NCBI RefSeq assembly: GCF_006345805.1
Contig: NC_043000.1
Coordinates: 45,198,001-45,262,000, forward strand
Direction: 5' to 3'
DNA length: 64,000 bases
Origin: Octopus sinensis
Lineage: Eukaryota
In this document: piece by piece, positions 51,760-64,000 of the stretch
Position numbering within the stretch: position 1 is the first letter of the stretch
How the letters are laid out: each line of letters begins with the position of its first letter
Made by a program: the position numbers and the translations under genes
Notes under the pieces: model-generated
The model's input: only the letters and a program-made list of their open reading frames with translations
Database searches by the model: none
What the model was told of the DNA's origin: nothing

Positions 51760-51910
51760 TTCTGACTTTCTGAATTCAAATCCAGCCAAGGACAACTCTG
51801 TCTTTCACCCTCCCAGGGAAAAAAAAGTACCAATCAAGTACAGGGGTTGGTGGTATTGACTAATCCACTGTCTATAAAATTGCTGGCCTTGTGTCTAAAT
51901 TAGAAACAGT
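51760..51910 (+). mobile_element. Partial degenerate SINE family B
   Basis: ttcaaatccagccaag..aagtacca..ggccttgtgtctaaattagaaac. Confidence 0.6.
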
Positions 51911-52905
51911 GATTTTCTTTTTCTATTATCAATTGTTTTTCTTGATTCCTGATTTTCACAGCTTGTTATAATTGCTTTATTAAAATAATTATACTAGCCC
52001 CCACCCAATTCTACAAGTTAACATAAATGGCTGCTACAAAGAATAAAATACTGAATGCTAATTTAATAAAGTTAATATATATATATTCTAATTTAAGAAA
52101 TCTCTGGAATGTACTTACTACTCTAAGTTTCTCGGTGGGAGCAGACTTTAGGAATAAATGTATCCTTTACTAGTATTATTTATTTATATCTAGTTGATAA
52201 CATGTATTAGGAAATAAAAAAAAATATATAACTAGACACCAAGCATATAGGTTTTGTCAGTATGTGTAGTATATGTGAGTCTTTATATGTATATATGTTT
52301 GTATGCAAACTTTTCTCTATAACTAAGAGAAAACATTTCACAAAATTTCATTCCAAAAAGGAAAACGCTTGTTCATAAACAGTGTTCTCTGCTTGAACAT
52401 GTTTATTTCAGGAGAATTTTCAATTTAAATATTTAACATTATTACATTTCTTTTTTAGAATAATTTTATACAGTATGTGTGTGTATATATATATGTGTGT
52501 TTATGTACATGTGTGTGCGTGCATATATGTTTGTATATGTATATTTATATATACATATACATATATAAACATATATATATACATATATATAAATTTTGTG
52601 TTGTTTGGGCTACATTTACTAGCAAAAAGAGAAAAAAATGAACAAAAACTTCTCAATATAACTATTCACAGAAACCAACACCTTTGATGTTTGTATCTAA
52701 CATCATGCAATCATTTATATTTTGTGAGAAATTTTAATTTGCTTCCAGCAAAATATAGTTTCATAGTTGAACATTTTGTTTATTTTTATTTGATATACAT
52801 ATATTTTTTTTAAAGTTTTTCTTATCTTTCTTTTATTTTATTTAGTTATTTTGTTGTATTTCATATCCTCATTTAGTATCATTTTCAATTATGTAACACG
52901 CGTAG

Positions 52906-52943
52906 GTTTATGAGAAGCTTTCCTACTTGTACAACTGCAAATG
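52906..52943 (+). other. Candidate 38-nt exon (phase 2 to 1), FMRSFPTCTTAN
   Basis: ..tgtaacacgcgtAG acceptor and G|GTAATT donor; phase-compatible with 53419-53459. Product unknown. Confidence 0.35.
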
Positions 52944-53418
52944 GTAATTTTTATCAAATATAAATTATTTCGTATCATGTTTCTAAGTTACAATATTTTA
53001 TCCTTTTCATTATACTCACATGTGTGATGGATGTGCATGTGTGTATGTGTGTGTGTATACAAGTGTATCCCTGTGTACGCATGCTCTGTGACTGTTAAAA
53101 TTTTTGCATAATATAAACAAAACAAAACTTGTTTGTATTTACAATTATGAGGAAACACAAACTCATTCACACACACACACACACCCAAAACATATTGATT
53201 TATTTAGCTAAAATAGAGACTTATATATATAAAATACTTCAAAAATTACAAATTAATAAATAAACTAAAATATTAATAAGAAAAATTTGATGTACTAATA
53301 AAAACAAATCAAATGACCACGGAATATAGATGGATGGACTATTAGAGTGATATCTTAATTGATCTGACAATTTTACTTAGTTATTTTTATTATTATAATT
53401 TTTTATTTTTTCTTGCAG

Positions 53419-53459
53419 GTGCTTCCTTGTACAGAACAGCAAGTTATAAGTTGATATTG
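53419..53459 (+). other. Candidate 41-nt exon (phase 1 to 0), GASLYRTASYKLIL
   Basis: Strong acceptor ttttattttttcttgcAG and G|GTAAAC donor; open frame. Product unknown. Confidence 0.4.
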
Positions 53460-54192
53460 GTAAACATTTGATACTTATTTCTTTAATCATCTTTTTTTTT
53501 TATTTAATACCAATTTTATTTTATATTATATTTCTCCGTCTGTGTCTCTGTCTAACCCCTTCTCTCTCCCTCTCTCTTTCATTCTCTTTCATTATTTCTC
53601 TCTCCCATTATATCTCTCTCTGATTATTATGAGTTTGTTTATTTTCCAAAATTGTATTATGTACTTCCCATGTTTCACATACAAGGGGATGCAAAAAAAG
53701 AAGTTAAAAAATATATATAATAAAAATTAAATTAAAATTATATAATACAGTAAGAACTATACTATTTGGAGAATTTAGTGTTAGATTTTTTTCTACTTTG
53801 TATTTTAAATCGAGTAGTGCTTCTTTTATTTTTTACTTTTTTTATAATTCCATTTATATGTACAATAATAAAAAAAAATTTAAATAAATGATAAAAGAAA
53901 ATAAAGGGTTTTTTAAAGTCACATACTCAAAATATATCATATCAGCTATTTGATATTTTTTCAGTCACTTTACTGCAAAATTGATTAATTTGAACATAGA
54001 GATGTCAAAATATATTAAAGCATATTTTTCATCAATATTTCAGAATACTTTCTATGTCTAGAAATACTTTCATGCTACTGAGTTTACCATCTTGCTTATT
54101 GTCTTATTCACTCCACATGAAAGTTAATTATTGTGAAACATAATAAATAATAGTATAATTATTATCATCATCATCATCATCATCATCATCAA

Positions 54193-54237
<45 letters not shown>

Positions 54238-54284
54238 TATTATTATTATTATTATTATCATTATTATTATCATTATTGCCTTTG

Positions 54285-54779
54285 CACAGCTTCTAACTCT
54301 GGAGATGTACTATGGTATCAGCTGTTCACTACCTGTGAACTAAGGTAACACCCCTTATTTTTCAAGTACCTTCCAGAGTATTCAAGCAGTTCCAAGCAGT
54401 TCTGTTTTCTGCAAGTGCTCCACCCTTATTGCAGCCCCTATTTGTTCCATGTACTTCTCAAGACTTTTACTCACTGTTCCCAGGGCTCTGATAATTATTG
54501 GTACTACTACCACCTTTTTCAGCGATACAACTTCTTAACCTCCCAAGCTAACCTGTCATATCTATTGACTTTTCTTTCTTCCTTATCACTACGTGGTTGT
54601 CATCTGGGCATGCTATATCTATGATCCAGCATAGTTTGCTTTCTTTCTCAATAAAGACTATGTCTGGCTTCCTATTCTCTATCTCATGGCTGCACTGAAT
54701 CGTAAAATCCCACAGGATCTTCGCATTATCATTTTTGATGATGCCTTTGGGTTTACGGTCGTACCAATTTTTTGCTCTG

Positions 54780-54780
<1 letters not shown>
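54285..54780 (-). mobile_element. R4/Dong-clade 3' fragment (RLE), second family
   Basis: AKNWYDRKP..KILWDFTIQ..RKPDIV..IIDIACP, then shifted EKIDRY..VVVVPIIIRALG..LQKTELLGT; (ATT)n on both flanks. Confidence 0.85.
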
Positions 54781-54847
<67 letters not shown>

Positions 54848-54892
54848 GTTATTATCATTATTATCATTATTATTATTATTATTATGCTTGAT

Positions 54893-55930
54893 AGTAAGGT
54901 GGTGAACTGGCAGAATCGTTAGCATGCCAGGTGAAATGCTTAGCAGTATTTCGTTCATCTTCATGTTCTGAATTCATATTCCGCCAAGGTCAACTTTGCC
55001 TTTCAGCCTTTCAGTGTCAATAAAATAATTACCAGTTTAGCTCTGGGGTCGATGTAACCAACTATCTCTCGCCCTCAAATTTCAGCCCTTGTGCCTATAG
55101 TAGAAAGGATTATTATTATTTTTGTTATTATTATCATCATTATTTGTAGTAAAGCTGCAAATTGGCAGAATCATTACCATGCTGGGCAAAATGCTTAGTG
55201 GTATTTCATCTGACTTTATGTTCTGAGTTCAAATTCCACCAAGGTGGACTTCACTTTTCATTCTTTCAGGGTCGATAAAATAAGTACCAGTTGAACACTA
55301 ATGTCAATATAATTGACATATCCCCTTTCTTGAAATTGCTAACCTTGCACCAAAATCTGAAATCATTATTATTTTTTGTAGTGGCAGTTGTTTAACCCCC
55401 AGCTTAGCCCTCTTTAAGAAAACTTATGGTCGAAGACATTCACGCTGTGCTCATCCCATCTTTTTGTGTATTATGGTCTTTGTCCAAAATTCCATTTTGT
55501 TAAGACTATATCATTTAATTTAAAAGAAATTTGACCACTATTTCTAGCAGCTTGTGCAAATATGTAGATGTTCTTTGTAGGTTCAAGCACATCTGTTTGC
55601 TACTGCTTTTAGTTCCAGGCCAGTCTTGATCAAATAGAAAGTAAATATATAGTCAATAGGTTCCAAGCATCACCATCTCATCTTTTTTCCAGATGAATCT
55701 TTCAGGAAAGGGGATATGTTAATTACATTGACATCAGTGTTCAACTGGTACTTATTCTATCGACCCTGAAAGATTGAAAAGTGAAGTCCACCTTGGTGGA
55801 ATTTGAACTCAGAACACAAAGTTGGATTAAATGCCACTAAGCATTTTGCCCAGCATCATAATGATTCTGCCAATTTGCAGCCTTACTACAAATAATGATG
55901 ATAATAATAACAAAAATAATGATAATCCTT
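54893..55930. mobile_element. Tandem SINE B units plus an inverted duplicate
   Basis: Units at 54893-55110 and 55140-55370 (+); 55700-55930 is the reverse complement of 55105-55334. Confidence 0.88.
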
Positions 55931-55969
55931 GTTATCCTGTAGAGAGCTTACCATTGATTATAGAGACAA

Positions 55970-56290
55970 ATTAATAGCCATTGCTGTCACTCACAAGTCA
56001 GTATGACTTGATAGCATGCACCATGATTTCACTAAGTGTTTTAGGTGCTTGTATATATAACTGTGACCCAATGTAGACACCTTGATTTTCCAAGCAAAAC
56101 ATCAAGGATGTGACAACTGGAGAGAGGACTGCACAAGCATTAGGCTGGTACTCAGTTAATAGATTGTAGGAATGTGAAATAATGTATCTTTTTCCATAAC
56201 ACAATGCTCTGCCCATCCAGGAATTGAAGCTCCAACTTTATGATCATGAGCTCAGCATACTCACCACTTGGTGACAAACCTTCACAGAGA
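55970..56290 (-). mobile_element. Degenerate tRNA-headed SINE
   Basis: Minus strand reads caagtggtgagtatgctgagctcatgatc..cttcaattcctgg..cattgtgttatggaaaagatacattatttcac. Confidence 0.45.
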
Positions 56291-56944
56291 CAAATAAAGA
56301 ATGCAGATAATAACATATGGTTTCATAATATATTCTTACTAAACTAAATAAATATCATAATTTAATATGGTTTCATAAGTCTTTGAGGAAATATTTTCTT
56401 TCTTTTATTGTGTCTGAGACCATGTTAACATATCTCATTTCATTTACCTGCTGAGAAAATCCATCTTGTGGTAGAATGTAATCATATCTGGAGGAGCAAG
56501 GAAAGAGAAAACTTGTCATTCATTTGAATGGTACTTGATAAATTGAAGTTCAGTGGCAGATTTAAGAAGAAATTAGCAGTTAGAGCATGATGTAATTTTA
56601 CTGTGTGTGTTTAGCTACTGTCAGGCATTATTATCTTTTAATGAAATTTGAGTAATTACAGAAATGATTTCATAAATCGCAAGGAGGTCACAAATCAGTG
56701 GAAGTGAAGTTTATGTGTATTGAAATTATGCTAGCTCAAGACTGGTATTTATTTGAAGAAAACCTGAGTTAACCCTGACAGGATATAAACTCAGGATCTA
56801 TGTAACTAAAAGCTATTAATGGGAGCCATTCTTAGGTACTATGCTATTAATGCCACTACATCACATTTTTATGTAGGATATGAAACATATGATTTTGGAA
56901 TTGTTGTTAATTATTCTTTGTTCAGTGACATTTTATCTGTCTTT

Positions 56945-57495
56945 ATGATCAGAGTTCAAATTCTGCCGAGGTTGACTTCACTTTTCATTCTTTCAGATCA
57001 ATAAAATAAATACCAGTTGAGCAATGGGGTTGATGTAATAAACATTCTCCTTTTCTGAAATTGCTTGTCCCTGTGCCAAAATTTGAAATCATTATGATGA
57101 GTAGGCACAGGAGTGGCTGTGTAGTAAGTAGCTTGCTTACCAACCACATTGTTTTGGGTTCAGTCCCACTGTGTGGCACCTTGGGCAAGTGTCTTCTACT
57201 ATAGTCTCAGGCTGACCAAAGCCTTGTAAGTGGATTTGGTAGAAAGAAACTGAAAAAAGCCTGTCGTATATATGTATATATATATATATGTGTGTGTGTG
57301 TCTGTGTTTGTCTCCCCAACATCGGTTGACAACCGATGCTGGTATGTTTACGTCCCCATAACTTAGAAGTTTGGCAAAAGAGACCAATAAAGTAAGTACT
57401 AGGCTTACAAAGAATAAGTCCTGGGGTCGATTTGCTCAACTAAAGGTGCTGCTCCAGTCAAATGACTGAAACAAGTAAAAGTGTAATAGAGTAAA
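56945..57495 (+). mobile_element. Partial SINE B followed by full-length SINE A (57102-57495)
   Basis: Motifs as in the other copies. Confidence 0.88.
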
Positions 57496-59992
57496 AGATT
57501 ATTAATCAAAGTATTATAGACTTTACGGAGAAACAAAAGTTTCAAGTAAGTTTCTTTTCATTTGTTGCTACATATTTCTAAACACAAATTTCATCAGACT
57601 TAGCTTTTATCTTTCATCTTTGTAATTGATGAATACCAGTAATAGAATGAGTTGAATATTATTTATTTTTAGTTTTCTCTGTATGTCTCTCTTTTTCTCA
57701 CATACACATATATGCAGAATTTTCTCTTTTTTCCTATTTAATTTCCCCATTATCCTTGTCTGATGATCAAATCAGTTTCTTTTTTTATACTTTTCACAAT
57801 CAGAACGATCAGTCATTGGTTTATTGGCATTATTGAACTTCTGGTATCAACAGAGGTGCAATTTGAACACATCACTGCAAAACAGGTCATTTCAATATGC
57901 TCTAAATGTTTGCAGTTCAGACACTGTTTATAGTGACATACTACTGACTCTCGTGTTATATGCTTACATCTTGGTAGACTAGCCTGTTGAAAGCTAAGCA
58001 TCTTAACCAACAATGTATTTTGCCACTAGTGATATGATACAAATTATTGCTCACTTCTGTAACTGTCAAATGCATTTTTAATTCAACTCATTCAGTTTCC
58101 ATCAGAGAGAATCTATAAAACAGTGATGCAAGGTTATGCATTTTGGAGGAGAGAGGCAATCAATTACAATGCTCTGTTTATTGATTATTGTCCTTATTTT
58201 ACCAATTGTTTATAGATGAAAAGCAGAGTCAAGCTTGATGAGATTTAAACTCAAAATGTAAAAGTGACACTGTTAGTCATTTTGTCAAACATTTTCCTAA
58301 TTCTGTGCTGTAAAGCAAACTGTAAAACAAGATGGTTTTATTGATTGTACTTACCATACTGTAAATTATGGAATGTATCTTACTCCTCCCTCTCGGAGGC
58401 ATGAACGGTAAATTTGAAGTTGGTAGGATTTGAAAAATTAACATAATAAATTTCATTATTGCATGCCTCTTATCTGATTTCCTACTGCTTCTAATTCAAT
58501 GAGCTTACTTGAGGAATTATTATTATTAATTCACAATTAATGATTTTACCTTGATTTCTTTATGATCCATTCAAGAACAATGTGTTGGCAGAAATCAAAC
58601 AACATAGCAGTATATTGTTTGCAACATTTATTTTCATCCTTCGATAGTCTGTGTTCTAATTCTGCCTTTGGCTGACTTTTGTTTTTTATCCTAGGATCAA
58701 TAAAATAAGAAACAGTCATACACTGGTTTGAATAAATTGCCAAAAGTGGCATTTTAACAATGTAGAAAATCTGTAATAATATATTTGATGTTTAATGTTA
58801 GCCACAACTAGATTACTGTGTAAAGAAACCTTATCATTGTAATGCTTTTGATGCATCCATTTACATCTGTCCTTCAAGAAGTCATATAATATCATATAAT
58901 GGAAATAATTAAGTAATAATTAGACCTACTTAATGTAAGAAGGATCAGTCCTGATTTGCTTCACAGCAATTCTTCTTCAAACCTCATAAAAGCCTTCGTA
59001 AAAAGATTAAAATGAAGCATTAAGTGGCACAGTTGCTACAGTTATAACTTCACTTTAATTATGCCAAATGTCAATGAGATATATTGCAAATACTTAAGAA
59101 ATTGTTTACACTTGCTCTGAACAAATGCTTTCAGATAGCTAATTAGTTCAATCAGCCTAAATGTCAGACTAAAATTGACTTCAGTTCATAAAATTTGAGC
59201 AAACAATATTATTTTTAATGAAGATCTTTACCCAAGGGGCAGAAAACTGATTACTTTCTGTGACATCTCAAAATAGAAGCCAATGTTATGTCAGCCTTGA
59301 ATAGACATTCAATTGGATTTCTTGGTTATATTCCAACTCTCTTTGCATTTTAGCTAGTCATGCTTCAGTGAAGTAAGACCAAATAGGGATACTTGTTAGC
59401 ATAGATTAAATAGATAACTATTTGATTAATGAGCTGCCAGATTAAACAGAAAAAAATAGGTAAGTCTATTTTGAAATTAAATAAACAATATGGATACTAG
59501 CATTGAAGAAATTCATGCCTATCTGTTTAGATATAAATATCTGCAGGTAGCTGTCTGAGCCATATTGAGTTTAATGGTGATCATATGTTGATAATGAAAC
59601 ATCACACATAGGCACTTATTAAGATCGATAAATGGATAAATGCAGATTCCAGTTTCAGATGGAGTACAGGAACATCAATATTTTGCATTTGGCAACAAAA
59701 GAAATGTGTTAGCAGTTTTTTGCATCAGTTTTTTTTTAAAGCAGTAATATAAATAATTACCACACACATGCAAACACACACACACACACACACAAACAAA
59801 TATGCACACTTATACAAGTATGGCTGCGTCATTAAGAATGAATTTTGCTGGGGAATCATGCAGTCTGAGTTCACTCTCATGTGTCCAGCATTATAACTAC
59901 AGGTTGACTAATACTTGTGAGTAAAATTACAGAAAAACAAGAAAAGATTGCCATATATGTGTGTATGTGAGTGCATGTGGATGTGTTTCTAT

Positions 59993-60044
<52 letters not shown>

Positions 60045-60079
60045 ATGTGTGTGCATGTATGATGTTTTCCTTCTTTCTT

Positions 60080-60390
60080 TATATGGGTACAACGATTGTC
60101 AAAAAACAGTGTCAAGGTTTGCGCAGACGGTGGTTTCATTGCTCCTATTTTGATGAAGCTTTTTTATTAGAGGTTTCAGAACATTGAATAAGGATGTTGC
60201 CCACCAGAATCAGAAGGAGAAAAGAAGCTAATGTATATTGCTAAAATACTCCAGCTCTTTTTTGGAAACACATTATTGGACCATCTATGCTTTACGTAAA
60301 ACATTATGGGTTTACATGGTCCTTCTCTCAACACAATCACAAGCTTTGAGAAATCCACAAATACGTTGGTGACTGTTTCTAATTTTATTC
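60080..60390 (-). mobile_element. Highly decayed LINE RT relic
   Basis: VFVDFSKACDCV resembles the RT motif FVDFxKAFDSV; remainder heavily disrupted. Confidence 0.4.
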
Positions 60391-60613
60391 AAAGTGTCTT
60401 CTTACAACAAGCAGCTGTGGCTGTGTGGATCTGCCTCTGTTGCATCATGGGATGGAATTGCTATGAGAGGAAATTATGTGACTGAGCCCAAGGCAAGAGA
60501 TATCAACAGGTGATGAAAATCTTTGCTTGTATAAATATATATATGTATACATGTATATAGCTATAAATAACAATATCGGTATCTATCTATCCACCCAACC
60601 AACCAACCATCCA

Positions 60614-60670
<57 letters not shown>

Positions 60671-61287
60671 TTGTATGAGAGATCAGTATAGTATAATATT
60701 TATGGTATAGAGTCTGATATATGTAAATGTTCTTACACAAATTTTTTAAAGCCAAACCAATGCCAATTATAAAAATATAAATAATATAGGCTGATAGCTT
60801 GTACAGCATTTGAACTCAGAACATTATATACTGCTAATCATTTTGCCCAAAGCGCTAACAATTCTGTCTGTGCACCACCTTACTTATGATGTATACATTA
60901 TACATCGAAATGCTATATATATTGTATATAAGTATACATATGATATACATATACACATATGTATGTATATGTGATGTGAGTATATGTATTAACATGTATG
61001 TTTGTATATATGAACAAATATATGTTTGTATGTATGTATGTATGTATAATAAGTGAACTACACAAATGAATGTCAGAAGTTTTGTCGAAGGACATAGCTG
61101 AGTGGCCGTATGGTGTTGCAAACCATCGACCCTTCAGCTATTTAGGCTGACATCATATCAAATCTTATGTCTCTGGATATATATAATGTAGTTTGCCCAT
61201 CTTACTTGACATTATCTGTATTTAGTTATAGTTACTCTTTTAACTTTTCATTCTGCCACAAACTATATAAAGTTGAAAGAAAGAGAG

Positions 61288-61318
<31 letters not shown>

Positions 61319-61909
61319 GAGAGGAGGGGAAGAAGGAAAATGGGAGGAAGAATGATTGATTTATATGTCTTGATTACAGTAGCAATAAAATGTAATATTG
61401 ATGTCATCATCAATAACATTAAAATCATCGGTAATGGTTTTGAATGCTTCTGAATTCACATATGATGAGGGTTTGACAGATAAGATAGGAATGATGTCTC
61501 CAGCCACATTTGTCTAGTGACATACTTTTAGGTGTTTTATATTTTCCCCAAAGAAAGGAGAGAGAAGGGGAGAGAAAGAGAGAAGGCTATACGCATGCAC
61601 ATACACACAAACACATACATGCATGCGTGCACACACACACATATGCATACACACACACAAGCCAAGCACATTTCTTTCAGCAATCTCTTTTTCTGCCACT
61701 CCACAATCATGATGGTGGTGGTGGAGGTAGCAGTGATGAGGAGGAGAAGGAGGGTAATAAGGATGTTGTTGTTGTTGTTGATGATGATGAGGAGCAGGAA
61801 GATGATGATTGTGATGGTGGTTGTACATGTGGTATTGGTGTTGGTGCTACATGACAGTGTAACATGGGCCGTGACAACAGAGGATTTGTGAAGGCTTGAA
61901 AGAAATTAA

Positions 61910-62400
61910 GCTATCATGCTGTGCTGGATGGATAATGTCAGTGTGCACACATGACAGAATGCAAATGATTTAAAAGAAAAACTGGGTATAAGAGTCTTCT
62001 CTCTTGTATGCAAGAGAGAAGACTGCACTGGTCTAGTTATGTGATGCATATGGATGAGGATAGTTGCATAAAGAATTGAACTGCTGAGCTCTAATTGTGG
62101 AAGGAACCTGTGGAAGGGCTAGACTCAGGAAAATGTGGGACAAAGTGGCGAGAAAAGATTTTCAAACACTGTGCCTCCCTGACAAAATGACATGCAACTG
62201 GGAGCTGTGGCAATTTGCTGTACTTGAGAAGACACATTGAGTCAAGTAAAATCACTGCCATCCATATATACAGGCTTGTTCTTTACAGGTGTCCATGCGA
62301 TATAAAATACACTTGAGCCAGTGCTGCATAACTGCATCCATGCTGGTGGCACATAAAAGCACCTAGCAAACTTTATAAACTGATTGGCTTCAGGAAGGCT
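61910..62400 (+). mobile_element. RTE 3' fragment followed by partial SINE C
   Basis: Homologous to 8670-9000 (ctatcatgctgtgctggatg..gagaagactgcactgg..cttgagaagac); gtggcacataaaagcacc unit. Confidence 0.75.
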
Positions 62401-62449
62401 ACAACACTGCCACCACCAGCATGAACAAACAAAGTAATTTTGCTTCTAT

Positions 62450-63790
62450 TTTGCAAAAAAGACATCTCATGAACTTCTTAACGAAGGAACTATTACAGTG
62501 CAAACAGTTATTAAACAAGGAAGACAGAACAATAAAAGTAAACATTCCTCAAAATATTTTGTAGGACATTTAAAAAAAAAAAGCATAATTTATAAAACAC
62601 TGAACATAAAAGCTAAAAGACTGGAACAGGCTACTCAACAAACAGTTGAAAAGTGTCTATGGCCCATATGGCATTGCAAAAAATTTATTGCAAGGAGCAA
62701 AAGATTTGCCACGATCAAGGTAAGATTCGACGCAGAAGAGCACACAAGAGAATTCTCAACAAGATCTCTGGAATGTGAGGAACTGATTCCCACTTACCTC
62801 GGCCGTCGGGTGATGAAGAGAAGAATTAAAGATGTGCCCCTGAGATAGAAATAAGACGGTTGGTGTCAGCAATCGATTATGATTTTGAAGAAGAAATGAA
62901 TATATTAGAAATTGGCGTCCTGGAACAGCAAAACTGGGTTGGACAGGGGTTAGAGCTCTTAATCCAGCCAAATCAAGAGACAACTGAAAATCTCTCAGAT
63001 TTAATAAAACTTCAAAATGGCACGACCTTACATGTGGCCGTTGAAGGCAGAAGACCACGTTGCTACCTTTGTGGTAGCAAAAACCATCTTAAATTAGCAA
63101 ATTAGCACAACAACAGCAACAAAATAAAAATAAAACACAACAACCAGCACTGTTACCCACACCGCCATCAGCACAACAGATAAAACAGCTCTACTAACAG
63201 ATGAATCAACTCCACCAACCAACAAACCAACGATCAGCGCCATCAAGAACAGAAATAACACCATCACCACCACCGCGAACAACAACAGAAGAAGAAGCGC
63301 CAAATCCAGGAAAAAAGGAAAAGACTAACCCCTCACCCCAACAACCCATACACCACATCCCAACAGCCATCAACCAGCACAAACAACAGCAACGTTAACA
63401 TTTACACACACACAAAACGACCCCAATACCCTTCCCCTCCCATTTTCTGATTCCTCTGACATGTCAGCTAATGAAGGAGAAACAGAAGAATGGCAAATGA
63501 CCACAGTGGGGAGAAGAAAAAAGTGGGAAAACACAATAACCACCCTATCAAACAAAGCAGGGAGATATACCACTCCTGATAACAAGACTGCCACACATGA
63601 CAACAGTTCAAACAATGACACTACAAACACACAAACACCAAGTGGCCCTACAATGTTAATAGCAATTAACATGAACAATTTGAACCTGATCCAATACATC
63701 AGGTCGCACACTGACATGACAGAGAACAATTTTTTAAAAATAGCTACCCATGCACAGCCCCACCACAACAATACACACACAAATTAATGA
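62450..63790 (+). mobile_element. gag-like ORF1 relic of an L1/Tx1-type LINE
   Basis: IKVRFD..PTYLGRRV..VP-PEI..LHVAVEGRRPRCYLCGSKNH (CX2CX4H knuckle, last Cys lost); Thr/Pro-rich linker; EEWQMTTVGRRKK. Confidence 0.6.
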
Positions 63791-64000
63791 AATCTCTCTA
63801 CCCAAATGCAGTAGGGAGATTTCAAAAACATTTATCTAAAAAAACTATACAAAAAATCTCCTCGCAGAAACTGAGGAGGAAACACCCCAACTTTCTTACA
63901 GTAAGTGACTCTCTCTCTGTCTCTCATTTTCTGTTTTCTCACACACGTGCACACACACACACACACAATTATATATGTGTATGTGTGTGTGTATATATAT

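Overview
AT-rich eukaryotic non-coding DNA, most likely an intron or intergenic region of a coleoid cephalopod (Octopus-like). The organism call comes from my recall of octopus SINE families and the TA/CA/ATT/CAT/TACA microsatellite load, not from a search. I could not name a host gene; there are only a few low-confidence microexon candidates. The window is a mosaic of repeats: tRNA-derived SINEs of at least four families; R4/Dong-clade non-LTR elements, including one young near-complete copy at ~46.9-50.6 kb with a 738-aa RT/CCHC/RLE ORF; RTE, HERO/NeSL-like and Tx1/L1-like fragments; Penelope-like elements (GIY-YIG plus hammerhead-bearing terminal repeats); and Tc1/mariner, hAT-like and piggyBac-like DNA-transposon relics. 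Most ORFs in the supplied track are microsatellite artefacts. The most interesting signals are RNA-structural: (1) a near-perfect hairpin at 9.9-10.1 kb containing a type I hammerhead-like fold with a variant CCGACGA core; (2) a Penelope 3' end with a tRNA-derived Pol III head placed just upstream of its hammerhead repeat; (3) a 2.6-kb nested fold-back at 13.2-15.9 kb with an exon-like segment in its loop, plus several other local inverted repeats; (4) a tRNA-Gly relic with a GGC anticodon and intact A/B boxes abutting a SINE; (5) a triply template-switched Dong mini-copy that keeps the start codon the long copy has lost. None of these is shown to be functional, and novelty cannot be established without database searches.
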